A program made the position numbers and the translations under genes. The notes beneath the pieces are model-generated. The model made no database searches and had not been told where the DNA came from. It saw nothing but the letters and a program-made list of their open reading frames with translations. From positions 43,030,001-43,094,000 of the forward strand of contig CM059432.1 in the NCBI GenBank assembly GCA_030390025.1: a stretch of DNA of 64,000 nucleotides, written 5' to 3'. Below are positions 50,096-62,627 of this stretch, piece after piece. The stretch is from Squalus acanthias (Eukaryota). Each line of letters opens with the position of its first letter. Positions within the stretch are counted from its first letter, which is position 1.

Positions 50096-52514
50096 CTCTT
50101 GTTTTACGTCTAGAACTCCATGTTCAGTTTCACTTGTGCTGTATTGTCAGTTTTTAATTGTATTCCAACATCCACTCTAATGATAGAACAGCATCCAGAC
50201 AATGTGTGGACCCCTTATGTTGCTATGGAAACTGCTAACAATCACCAATGTAAAAGCACAGAATTAAGAAAAAAAATTGTTATAATGCACCTTCATGGCC
50301 AAAAACCCTTAAAACTGAATGTTTACTTCACAAACAAATGCTTCAGCGGTCGTTGCAAGGTTACTTAGCATCACCTCAGCTACATTTGATGCAGCATTTA
50401 ATCCATGATTCCAAAAGGTATCATATCTATATTATTATAGTAGTGTCATGGCATATTTCTCAACCCTCCGTTGGTATTGAATTTCTGAAGCATAATGTGG
50501 AGACTTTCCATGAAACAATTTGCAATTTAAAAAACATATGCAACTTGAAGTACAAATAGCAGTCAAGATGAACAATGGGAAAATGCTGATTTATATTTCT
50601 CTCTTGAGGATTATCCAATTGGCGTGTGATTCCAATGTTCTAAGTTATAGCATCATCCTTAATAGTGAATGCTAAATCTGTATTTTGCTAGTCATCTATC
50701 CTCAATCATTTCAGAGAACCCTTTTGTTTCCAGAACTAAAAAGTGACTGATTAACTTACGTGCAGTAATTTGCAAATAAATTGTGGTTCAATTTCTGATT
50801 AGGAATAAAAAATCTTGTCATACAGACCTCCCATAAAGTATTTTGTTTATAATCATTATTCACTTTCAAAAAGCAAAACATTATTAAGTTTTATTAGGTT
50901 GGAAAACCTTGAGTACACAATATTTTTTTAATCTCTACAAATAACTGATGACTTTTTTCACGTGGAACATGCAAATGTTGGCACAGAATATTGGAATACC
51001 AATGGGCTACACCACTGTGATGCCAATTTGTACCCCACACTGCTGAATTCACAATTTCAGCTCTGTAGCAGTCGGAGATGCCAAATGGAAGCTACAAAAT
51101 GCTCTGCAGGGAGAATAATCCCCAGGCCACTCTTGAACACCTTCCAGATCCTGGACTTAGAATGGCACTTGCGGAAACCTCAGAGCCAATCACCTGCCTG
51201 CCCACTTACCCTCAACTGTCAATAGTGTATTTTGTAGGAAAAGCAGTGAAAATAACTTTAAAAAGACAGGCTTACCCTCACTGGAAAATAATGCCACTCA
51301 TATTGTATTTACATCATTTATTCGTGGAGCTGGAATGGAGTGGCTAAATTGAGATTCCAATATTCTTGCAATTGTTTCAGTATTTTAGTCATCAGCTACT
51401 ATATCGCCCTCTTCACAGATATTCTGAAAACACCTGATGTGAAAATGTTATGTATCTTTGTCTGTGAAACTTTTGAAACATTGAAGTGTGTTGTCTGTTT
51501 CAATTTTAATGGTATTTAAGCCTGTTAGCCTTTCTGGTTATCAGCTGGAACAAAACTCTACAATGATAGTGGATTAGCGTCCCTTGAGGCCTAATCTGGG
51601 CTGTCTGCTTTCTTTGTGTTGGACTTTCCTCCTTTGTAAAGCTTGATTATTTGCTTGTGTTTTGTTGCCTGAAGGCCCTTTGCTGCAGGATAGAGATTAC
51701 GTACAGACGGGTAATTTTTTTTTCTCCCTCTACATTTTGGATAGCAGATGGTTGTAGTCCAACAGGTGCACTCAGATCATTCCACCAAGTTTTACATCTG
51801 CTGGGCACACAAACAACATGCTCGCTGCTCCACTAGACCAGCTGCAACTTTTACTGTTACCAGTTCTGCAATGGATCAGGTGGTGAGAGTGAAGGCTGAT
51901 GACCTTTGACTAAGTACTGATGCATGAAAAGGCTAGACTTTCAAAGTATGCTTTGATCATTACTTTTTGTGGTGAAAATGGAGACAGAGCAAAAGGTGAC
52001 CATCTCTCACAGGAAGTGATGGACAGTTTTGTTTATAAAACTAGAGTTTAAGCTGGTGACAGATGAGATTCTGATCAGATGCAGTGTAAATTGTGTTGAT
52101 GTATGAAGATGAGGCAATAAAACCTGAAGAAATAATAAAAATATATTAAATGTTGCCTTTCATTAGTCAATGTAATAGTTAAGTCAATTTGTATTTTTAA
52201 ACTTTCAATACAATGTATGGTAAAACTTGTAAATTGAAGAAACTGATTGCTCAGCAATGTTTTTGCATGATCAGTACTATCAGATTTTTACAGGCCAAGG
52301 TGGTTGAAGATCTAAATATGCTGTGGGTAAAGTGACAACAAAATGATTAATTTACTTCAACTTCAAGTACAGTCAAGTACAGTCAAGTCTCAATGCCTTA
52401 TAACTTACTGTGGAAATGTTATATTGCTCTTTTAAAATTGCATTTTCTGTTATGCTTTAATGTATAATTCTCACAGTATTATCTTTTTGATTATGTCTGT
52501 GGTAAAGATGAATA

Positions 52515-53061
52515 TGACTAAATTCCATAGTGCCTGATAATCGGTGCAAAAAGGTTGGCTCGCTGAACTCGCGTGCCAGAAGAGAAAGGCCCGAGGACGG
52601 TCCTAAATTTATCCTCGGGCCTCATTGGAATAAAACCGGTGAGCTACGGACATCTATCGAATGCCCCAACCCAACTCGGCAGAGCCAGCCCGTAGGTAAG
52701 TCCAGGCAGAGGGGAGGCAACAGGAGGGGGCGTGCATGGGTCGGCTGCGACTGGCAGTATCGATGTGGAGGCTGGAAGAGCACCCCTGCCACCCCTGGCA
52801 CTACATGAAGGTAAGTTTAAAAAAAACATAACTGCCAGTTTCTTCGGCAGCCTCCCGTGGTTCCTTTAAGGATCACTGGCGAGACTGTTTCAGAGGCTGA
52901 AAAACTAGACTAGTCTCAACGAATTTCCTGAAAATGGGCGCAGGACACTCATTTCAATGTTGCACGCTCAAATCGGGCGCGGGCCTTTGCTGTGCTAAAT
53001 TCGGCATCATTGCACCCATTCTACGGCCGTAAAACTTGCGCAACAATTTTGAATTTAGGCC
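52515..53061. mobile_element. Degenerate MITE-like element
   Basis: GC/CpG-rich island in AT-rich DNA, with ends GACTAAATTC and (rc) GGCCTAAATTC. Confidence 0.5.
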
Positions 53062-54556
53062 TGATAACTTTGCAATAGCTTAATATGTTTGTCCCACAAT
53101 CTTACTGATTTGCCTGCAGACTTAGTTAATCTGGTCTGTGCGATCTAATGCAGCCTGTTGAGAGGTTGTGCCCTCAGCTTAGAGAGAACAATATGAATAA
53201 TAGTGCAAAGCCAGTAGAGCTAGCAGCTTGAAGAATGATTTAAAATCTGACACTGGATTAGGGAGATGCACCCTGTATTGTGTTAATTTATGGAGATGAG
53301 AATCTAGTAATGTTATTTCGTCATTTAGATCTGAATATCTAATCCAATAACAGAAGTTTAAAATCCAGTGTTCTGGTTGAATATTTAAAAAACCTCCTGC
53401 TGATTCCCCTATTGTCAGGCTCACATGTTAAAAACTATTCAACATGTAATTTTATCTTGACTGATTTGAGTTAGTTAGGTATTAAATGTGTTGTGCAATA
53501 ATATAAATGTTTCAATAATCTGGGGGGTGGGCGGGATTTGGGCCATGCACTTGTAATAATGCGCAGGGAGCTGTTCTCATTTAACAAAGCAATCAAGAAA
53601 AGTAAGAGATTATTGACTTGAAATTTTTCTTCAGGGGAGAATAAATAATTGCTTATTTAGTAATTTGTATTGATTTCACATTCTGGGAAACCTATCTTTG
53701 TTTTCTAAAGGTACATTCATTTTGAAAATACAGATATAACAATAACTACAATTTTATGGTCTGACTTTATTGCAGTTCTTAAAATATGATATTGCCCCCT
53801 AAGTGTTGAATTTCCTGATTTAATTTTGCTAATCTAAATATATTGATCTCAACAAATGAGCCTTGTGACAATAGAGGATGAACTTTGATCAGAATGTTGT
53901 GGAATTCCCAAACAAAAAAAAACAAATGTTGGGCTCAGCTGCATGCTGATCTAGCTGTTGGAACACCAATGGATTTTATCTGGAAAGCCTTCGGCTACTG
54001 GTTACAAACATGTTACAGAAAACATTATTCTACTTTCTTAATGTTTAAGCAATTGAAGGCATGCTCCAGGCTGGCCATTCAAATTTAATTAAAAATAGTA
54101 ACAGTTCTGTTGCATTCCATTTATGCATAGTTTCCAGTTTGCTCCTAAAAAAACGTATCCCAATATTTTGCCATGTGTTAGTTTTATCAATTCCATAAAT
54201 GCATTTGTAAAGGCTTTTATAGATTTGTTAAAACCAAAACACAGAGAAATACCAGGGATTTAAAACAACAATTTTAGGTGCCAGGTATTTCTATTAAGTC
54301 CAGCTCACCCAAAATACCTTATTTTAAATGGGCAGTTGATACTGTATGCCAGTGCGTTATTGTTGCTTTCCTTCTAACCAAAGGACTGAAAAAGAATTGC
54401 AAAGAGCTCACGTATTGAATCTGATATTTACATAAATTACAGAATACTTCTTTTATGAGAAAATGGAACTATTAAATTGAGGATTTGGCACTTGTTCCTT
54501 TTAATGTTATGTCCTGTTTACCTATATTGTAATATCCAGTCTAGATTTAAAAAATC

Positions 54557-54998
54557 ACTTGCATTTATATCGCACATTTCATGTCCTCTGGATGTCCCTA
54601 AGCATTTCATAACCAATGATAAACTTTAAATGCAGTCACTGTTGTTTTATAACAATATGCTGCAGCCAATTTGCATGCAGCAAAGTCCCACAATGAGCAA
54701 ATGAGATAAATGATCAGTTAATCTAGTGGTTGAGCGATAGATGTCACCTTAGACACTGTGAACATTCCCCTGCTCTTCTTCAAATGGTACCATGGGACCT
54801 TTTACATCCACCTGAACAAAAGCACCAGGCCTCAGCAGAACAATTCATCCAAAAGACAGCACCTCAGTCAATGTAGCACTCCTACAGTATTACATGGAAA
54901 TATCAACCTAGATTATATACTCAAGATTCGGACTGGAACTTGAACCCACAGCCATCTCACTCAGAGGCAAAAGTGCTACCAATGATCCAAGCTGCCAC
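54557..54998 (-). mobile_element. Near full-length, diverged tRNA-headed DeuSINE (SacSINE1/AmnSINE1-like)
   Basis: rc head with A-box-like TGGATCATTGG and B-box-like GGTTCAAGTTCC, a central domain, and a ...ATATAAATGCAAGT tail. Confidence 0.7.
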
Positions 54999-57264
54999 TT
55001 GTTAATTGAAGTTTCTGCTTACAGCACAGAAGAAAATCAAAATCTCCTCTTAGCATTCTGCTACTTTAAGAAAATCTACTTCTTGAGGTGCTTATTCATT
55101 GTGGTTTGCCGCACTCTGGGCCCAAAGCGAACACTACAAAATGACCCATGCCTACACCTCACCCCCACCCACACACCTGGCACACCAGATCTCCTGCAAG
55201 CCAAGAGGGTCTGTGGAGCACATAGTTCTGATTCAGATCCAGAGACCCATGGAAAAGGGGTCTCCACTGCTGCCGGAACAAGATAGGTTGAGTTGCTTAT
55301 GCTGGGGAGTGCCACTAACTGTACAAGGCACATTGGAAGTCAGTGGCACCACAGTAATTGAAAAGCATACTTTATGATGTAGTTATAGTGTACGATCATC
55401 TGAGAAAATTGATGTACAGCGTGATTTACAACTAGCAGTGCCCACGTTACATTGTGGTTTGTGAATTGCCCTGTAACAACCAGGACAGCACACGCTTACA
55501 TGCATCTGCAGAACTCTGCTCCCTGGATGGTCATTTTTTTTAATGCTTTGAGAATGGGGTGGGGACATCCATTGTTCTCAAATTATAATAGAAGACTCTT
55601 CTTTTTACAATGTCCAGGCCAAAGCAGTGCGAGACTGTGTCCCAAATGGTGTCTCACACCACTGTGTCCCAGAGTCAGATTGAGACCTGACTCCAAAGTT
55701 ATACAATCACTTTTGAGTTACTTCTAAGTGGAAACCACTTGACTGAAATGCAAATGCAGTAGTATGATGGCAGCCTTAAACTCCACTTGGTAGTTGACTT
55801 GCTAAACTTCACTCTTTAATTGAAAGTCGACAAGAAAGTGATTGTGACAAGCTAGCTTCTTGGAGATTTCATTGTAATTGAAGCACCAGGTGCAGGTGTA
55901 TATAAAACATCCTCTAGGAAGAGCACAACTTGGCTGTTTTCATTGACAAGTCAACAAAGTCACACATGTGACACTTTACGGTACAACCGTAAATAGTTTA
56001 ATTTCTTAATTTCCCAGTTTGCCCTTTTTGTATATTTTCTGATTCTTGTCTGTTTAAAATGTCATTGTAGTCTGAATAAAATACAGAAAAGGTAGAAATA
56101 GGCTACACGTTATTGTAAAGTTTTAATTTTATACAGAGCAAGAGGAAAATTGAAGGTAAGGTACTGGTTTTCAGCACATTGCTGTGTGTTAATCATCCAA
56201 ACTCACTACACAGCTTCCAGCTATCACTACACAGCTTCCAGCTCTTACTACATTAATTCCAAAACCTAACTATCTTTTTTTCCTTAGGGCCTCCTCAGTA
56301 CTGAATACCTGACCTAGCTATGTCACTTACCTGACCTATCTGATCATGAATGTGCAGTTGTGCGTGAAAAGCTAGTTTAGCTCGTCAGAGGATCAATGTA
56401 TATGGTGGAAAAGATTGAACTGCTCTAAAGTCACTTTCCTATCACACATATCAAGTATCAAGACCAAGAAAAAATGGTCAAATATGATGGTGCACAGAAC
56501 AGCTTTAATTTTATTTAAAATGTGTCTCAGGTTGAAAAAAGTAACCTTTTGGGCACTGAATTTTCATTGGAGCTGCCAAAATACAGCTACAGAAATTGTT
56601 TTCTATATACCTTCAAAGCTCGGTAGCCTATTATAAAAGAAGATAATTGACCTGTTAAAAAGAAAATTCACAGATCTCTAAATAATGTGAAAAATGGTGA
56701 CCTTGTTTTTATTTTGGAACTCCTGTTGTACTCTTTAAAAGTTTAATGAATATATGATAAATTTAAATGTTATAGAGAATGGCACAATTATATGATTCTT
56801 ACATTTTCAAAGTGCATTGAATTTGTACTATTAATGAGATGAAAAATGTCAGTAATTTGATACAGATATAATATATGTTATATACTAATTGGTAGACAGC
56901 TAGGTTCAGCAGGCACAGCAGGTCACTTGGCGAACCAGTAGAATGTGTTTTGAATAAATTATGGAGTTTGTTTATGGCCGGAATTTTATTTACCTGGGCA
57001 GGTCCGGTGCGGGTGGTCGCCATGGCGGGTCGTGAGCCCATTGCTGGCTCCATCCCGCTCCACAGAATGACTTTATGTTAATGGGGTCTATTAAGCTCGC
57101 CCTGTGCGTTACCCAGCCCAATTAAAAGGTGCGGGTCTGGTGACATCATCGATGATTTCAGCTGGGATATTTAAAGGAGCCATGGCCATATTGCATTTGA
57201 AGCTTCATCTAGGAGAGTGCAGGCAGTGCACTTCACAATTCCAATGCTGCACACACCACCAGAG

Positions 57265-59116
57265 ATGACTGCACAGAGGCAGAGGGCTGCACCCAGGTTC
57301 TCCGATGACTCCCTCCATATGCTTGTGGAGGCAGTTACAGCACACAGGGAGATCCTCTTCCCTGCTGATGGGAGGAAGAGACCACCCCAGCAGAGCAAAC
57401 GAGTCTGGCTCCAAATAGCAGAGGAGGTGAATAGCAGGGATGTCATCAGGAGGACCTGGGTACAGTGCCACAAACGCTTCAACAATCTTGTAAGATCAGG
57501 AAAGGTGAGCCCAAAGCCACACTCACCTTTATCCTGCTGTGTCTCTCATCACATCCCCATCACTTTGCCTTCCCAACCTTACTCCTGCACATCCTTACTC
57601 ACACCAACAAATCTTGCATGTCCCCCCATCCCTCTCTCTCTATCTACATTACCACATCCCCATCTCACTAGCCACCCCTCACACTCACCCTCATCCTAGT
57701 GCAATCATACCAACTAACAACACACAAGTAGGCCACTTGGAATTGCCACCCCATTCCATTATAGTCTCCCTCTAAAGATGTAACCCATCCATTCCTTACA
57801 CTCATTCCATCACTCTCACTCAACCTTCTCTTCTTTCCCTCCTTGCAGGAAAAGAGAGCCCACAATAAGAGGGAGAGGGAGAGAACTGGTGGTGGAACGG
57901 CATCAATGACCATCATGACCACAGCAGAGGAGGCTGCCTTAGAGCTGGCGGGAGTTGCCGAGCACCTGGAGGTGGGACATGGAGAGAGGAGGACACATCA
58001 GCAACCTGGTGACAGAATTGCATATCATACAGCTACATGGCATACATCAGTCACTCATATGGGACTGATGTCAGCAGCCATTGAATGGTCATTATGTGCA
58101 TAATGGTATCTGTACCCATTGTCCAGGAGGAAGAGGAAGACGACTCCTCAGAGGAGCCTCCAGCCTCTGAGGGCGCAGCATCACCAGACAGAAGCGCACC
58201 CAGCACCAGCGCAGAAACGCACACCTCAGTGGTTCCCTTGTGAGATAGAATAGTGTTGTCACCTGGTGTCGCACAAATCACAGCCGAGCAAGAGCAGATA
58301 GTGGAGACAGGTACAGCAATGGAGACTCCTCGCTGGAGGGCGCAGGATGCAGGACTCTTCCAGCTCTGCTCAGCTGCATGCAGATGCTGAGCCTTGGGGC
58401 CATCCAGAAAGAGGGCAATCCTGGAGGTGCAGGAACAAGTGCAGGAGGCTCTGACAGGTTTTGTGAGCGCGATGACTGTCAGTGTTCAGAGAATGGAGGA
58501 GTCCATCATCAACATGAGCACCACCGTGTCGCAGGCGATGGCAACTGTAAGCTCTTCCATGGATAGGATGGCCACCTGAATGGAGCAGCTAATGCGCCAC
58601 TCAGAGGAGCACATGGTCTCTATGCAGAATAGATGGCTATCTATGGAGGATAGATGGCTATCTTTGGAGAATGGATGGCAGAGGCTCATAGACGTCCTTT
58701 CTAGGAGGGATGTCAGTGCAGACGTGGGTCCTCATGGCCCCACTGATGTGCAGCAAGGTGCTCTCCAGCTCCTTGCTAGCAGGGAAGTACGGCTGGCCCA
58801 TGAGAGGGCTGATGGTAAGAGGGGACAAGGAAGTGGGGGCTCCTCTCAAAGCGCTCACACTTCTCCCCCATTGCCACCCCCTCAGTCAGAGTCCCAGATG
58901 GCTCCTCGGATCGCGATGGCCGAATCTGGCCCTGCACAGTCACAGGAAGAGCAGACTATGGCGGGGCCATCACAGGCTCCAAAACCCAGAGGATGTCCGG
59001 CAAAAGTGTCTAAGCAGTTGCAGCAGGGAAGTAAGGAGGCTGCCTCTACCTCTGCTGAAGCCACAGGGGTAACACCACGTAGAAGCACGCGTAAGAGAAA
59101 GATGCCACACAAGTAG
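57265..59116 (+). pseudogene. Myb/SANT-like ORF2 (exon 1 57265-57504, exon 2 57849-58008, exon 3 from ~58100 to 59116, damaged)
   Basis: RAAPRFSDDSLHMLVEAV...VWLQIAEEV...QCHKRFNNLVRSGK then GTGAGC; EKRAHNKRERERTGGG; RRSTRKRK tail. Exon 3 has stops and appears to have lost its acceptor. Confidence 0.88.
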
Positions 59117-59409
59117 ACTCACAAAGGTAGCCACTTGAATGTTTTATTCAATGTTAATGTGAAGTTTCAGTTAATTTGGTGTGAACTATAAATTTCTTTC
59201 TTTTTAAAACTTTCCAGTCTTGGGCAAATTTGTGTTAACCATTGGAAGTGGATTAGTTAGTTGGAGTGAAGGATCAGACCTAACTTTACCTCCAGCAAAG
59301 GTGGTGACTGTGAAAGGAATGGATTGGTCATTGTAAGGATGCTTTATGGTGTGGCTGTGGGGCGTTGCCAACCTGGCAAAGCATTTGGCAGCCATATGGG
59401 TGTACTGCG

Positions 59410-60653
59410 TAAAGTTAAGTAAATCTGGCCATGATGAGACCATCCCTGACCTCCCAGGCAACAATCTGCTCGAGTGTTGGTGCCATCTGCACCACAGGTT
59501 CCTCCCGCTCCTGCTCCTCCTCATGTTCCAGCTGATGCTCCTCCTCCTGCTCTTCCTCCTCCTCCTCTGAAGAGGCTGTGCACTCTGCGCCTTGTTCCTC
59601 AAGCAGCGCTAATCCTCACTGCTGCACTTTGTTGTGCAGGGCGCAGCAGACCACGATGATTCTGGAGACCCTGACTGGTGAATACTGAAGGGCTCCTCCA
59701 GATCTGTCAAGGCACCTGAATCATATTTTCAGCATGCCTATTGTCTGCTCTATGACACAGCTGGTGGAGATGTGGCTTTCATTATATCTCTTCTTGGCCT
59801 CAGTACTTGGCCTCCTCAAGCGTGTCATGAGCCACATCTTCAGTGGATAGCCCTTGTCTCCAAACAGCCAGCCAGAAAGTCTGTTTGGAAGAGCGAAGAG
59901 CTGAGGGAGGGTGGACTGGTGCAGGACGAAAGAGTCATGACAGCTACCAACGAATTTGGCACACACATGCATGATAATCTTCCTATGGTTGCAGACCAGC
60001 CGCACACTGAGGGAGTGGAAGCCCTTGTGGTTGACAAAGACTCCTGGGTGATGATGGGGTGCCCTGATGGCCACATGTGTGCAGTGTGCATGGGAAGCCA
60101 GCCAAAGTGGCAAAGCCGAGCGCTCGCTCAGTAACACTGACTTCATCAGTGGCAAAGTTGATATAATTGGCTGACTTGTCAAAGAGGGCATCGGTGACCT
60201 GTGTGATGCATCTGTGGGCGGCCGACTGTGAGATGCCGCAAATGTCTGCTGCAGATCCCTGGAAGGAGTCTGGGACGAAGAAGTTGAGGCCGCTGGTGAA
60301 TTTGACAGCCACTGGTAAGGCGTGTCCACCCGCTCCTCTGAGCTGCAGGTCTTTCTCCAGTAATGTGCAAATGTCTGCGATGACCTGGCGCGATAGCCTG
60401 AGCCTCCTTTGGCACTGCTGCTCAGTCATGTTGAGGAAGCTCATCCTCTGCCTGTATACCCTGTGTTGGGGGTATCGCCTCCGGCATGGTGCAGCCCTGC
60501 GCTGATGCCCTCTGTCCTGTGGAGCATCAGGGCGTTGAGGAGAAAGTTGGTGGTGTTGTTGTTGATGCTGCTGGTGTGCCTGGTGCTGCTGGTGTTGGGG
60601 CTCATCGTGGTCAGATTCTGAGACGAAGGTGAGGCAGTATAAACGGCACCCAT
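59410..60653 (-). pseudogene. Harbinger transposase pseudogene
   Basis: [42 protein letters not shown]; the GAID motif holding the first catalytic Asp is deleted; frameshifts. Confidence 0.9.
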
Positions 60654-62481
60654 GCTGATGGAAGAGATGGCAGGTCACGTAGAGTTGACAGAAGCAACCT
60701 GTTAATGATGAGAGAGGTGCTTCCAATGAGATGACTCTGGATGGAAACTTTGCTGGAAAGACTTGCAGCCTGCAGAAAGCTCAATCTGTGCTGGGAATGC
60801 AGTCAGCAACAGCTTCTGCCTGAAGAAAGTGATCAGCTGTCAGGTGGGAGCTTTTAAACTACATTTGATGCTGTCAAGTAATCAGCTGGAGCAATGGCCA
60901 CTTAACTCCCGCCTCAGGTTGACAGACATGGTTCCTGAGCTGCGTGAATCCCATGGCCATGCAGGGAAATTTGAAATGCAGGGGGATAAAGGTTCTTAAC
61001 TGGCTGAAAACAAGCTATAATGATTTAAATTAGGTCGCCCACCTCTGCCGGTCGGGCCACTGCCGCACTGGCAATCGCGCCTGAGGGAAAGGCGCATGGG
61101 GGGGCGGGATGAAGGCGGGTTCCTGACCCGCTCCCACTTTTTTCAAATTTCCCACCCAATACGCCTCCATTCCCACCTGCACGGACCCCAGAAAATTCCG
61201 GCCTATGTGTTTTTTTCTGGCTCTAGCTCCTCACCTGATAAGTGCATCCACACATCCTGACATTATTCTGTCAATAACAACTGAACACTGTATCAGAAGA
61301 ATAGTTCTATTTTCATCTCATTATGATGGTGTGTAGGTTGGATCTCAGTGTTTTGTTTTGTACATATATCAATCATAACAGATTGCAATTTTGTCAGGAA
61401 CTGCCAGAAGTTGACCTGAGAAAAAGATGCAGGAAGTGACAAATTTTATGTGTACAAACAAATGTTGTATATTGAATATTTGGATTAGTTCTCCATATAC
61501 AATAAAGTATGAGTTATGGAAACATTTCAATAATAATTAAAAGCTAAACTGATATTTTTTTAAATGAGTCAACATATATTGTCAAAATGGAAAATCTTGC
61601 ACTAGGTTTTTGTACTTAAAAGTTGATTGTAATTTCACACACATGTGCGTGTATGTATATATTTTAATGTGGTTTCTATTTTGCAGGAAAGGTATTTAGA
61701 TAACATTAGGTTGTTCCATATTTATTAACATTTGTAGTACCAGACTATTTTGGCAAGAAAAAACAAGGAAGGATTAATTGAACAATTAAGATATAGATCT
61801 GTTAAACTTTTCAGAGAAAATGGCAACATAGACTTTCAACTGGTGATAACTAGATTCATTTGCCAGGGAGGATGTCATGTGTTAACTCCCTGTACACTTC
61901 TGGTTGAAACCAGATTATATTAGTCTCCTGGGAGAATGTCACATATGTTTCCATGTGTGCTTTTAATTAGGAATAATTAAGCAGGACAAGCAAAGGTCAA
62001 TTCTCTGATTGTGGTTAAAAAGTAATTATACCGTGTAACAACTTCGCCTGGTCGTAGGTGTGGGAAGATCTGATCATCTGATTAGTTTCAATCTGCATAG
62101 TCAGTTAAATAGATGCAAAATTCCAGAACTATAGTTGCCTACCTGGATACTTTGAATCTAAGAGAGGTCTTCCACCAGAAAATCATGCTGATGAAAGGAA
62201 TAGGAAGGGCTATATATTGGTTATAGTGCCACTGTTGGACTCAGATTCATGGAGCCCCAAGTTTAGATCTTTGCCTCAACCACGGTGTTAGATATTGACA
62301 ACTTAACTAATTCTAAAGGGTGAAAATACAAGATGTAATTCTTGTGATATCTGGAGAATGCCCCTTCCCTAGAAATTATTAATTTTTGAAACTTTTGGGG
62401 TAACTTTCAGATATGTGCTGGCAGTGGGTGAGGTTCCTCATCATCAGTGCCTACATGGAAAATTTAGGCTTTTATTTGGCG

Positions 62482-62627
62482 TCAGAATAAGGGGTTGGCC
62501 ATTTAAGACTGAGATGAGGAGGAATTTTTTCACTCAAAGGGTTGTGAATCTTTAGAATTCTCTACCCCAAAGAGCTGTGGATGCTGAATTGTTGAGTATA
62601 TTCAAGACTGAGATAGATAGACTTTTG
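62482..62627 (+). mobile_element. CR1 3' fragment interrupted by a Harbinger
   Basis: TCAGAATAAGGGG...GACTGAGATGAGGAGGAATTT matches CR1 3' ends at 12000 and 42920. Confidence 0.8.

Larger units (their letters stand above)
56976..61203 (-). mobile_element. Full-length decayed Harbinger (4228 bp), third family
   Basis: Perfect 12-bp TIR GGCCGGAATTTT; TSD TAT; convergent Myb (+) and transposase (-) genes. Confidence 0.95.

Noticed and set aside
51275..51425. Minus-strand exon candidate with a GTAAGC donor
   Set aside because: Stops in all three frames from the plausible acceptor.
56202..56245. 21-bp tandem duplication TCACTACACAGCTTCCAGCT
   Set aside because: Ordinary local slippage duplication with no further structure.
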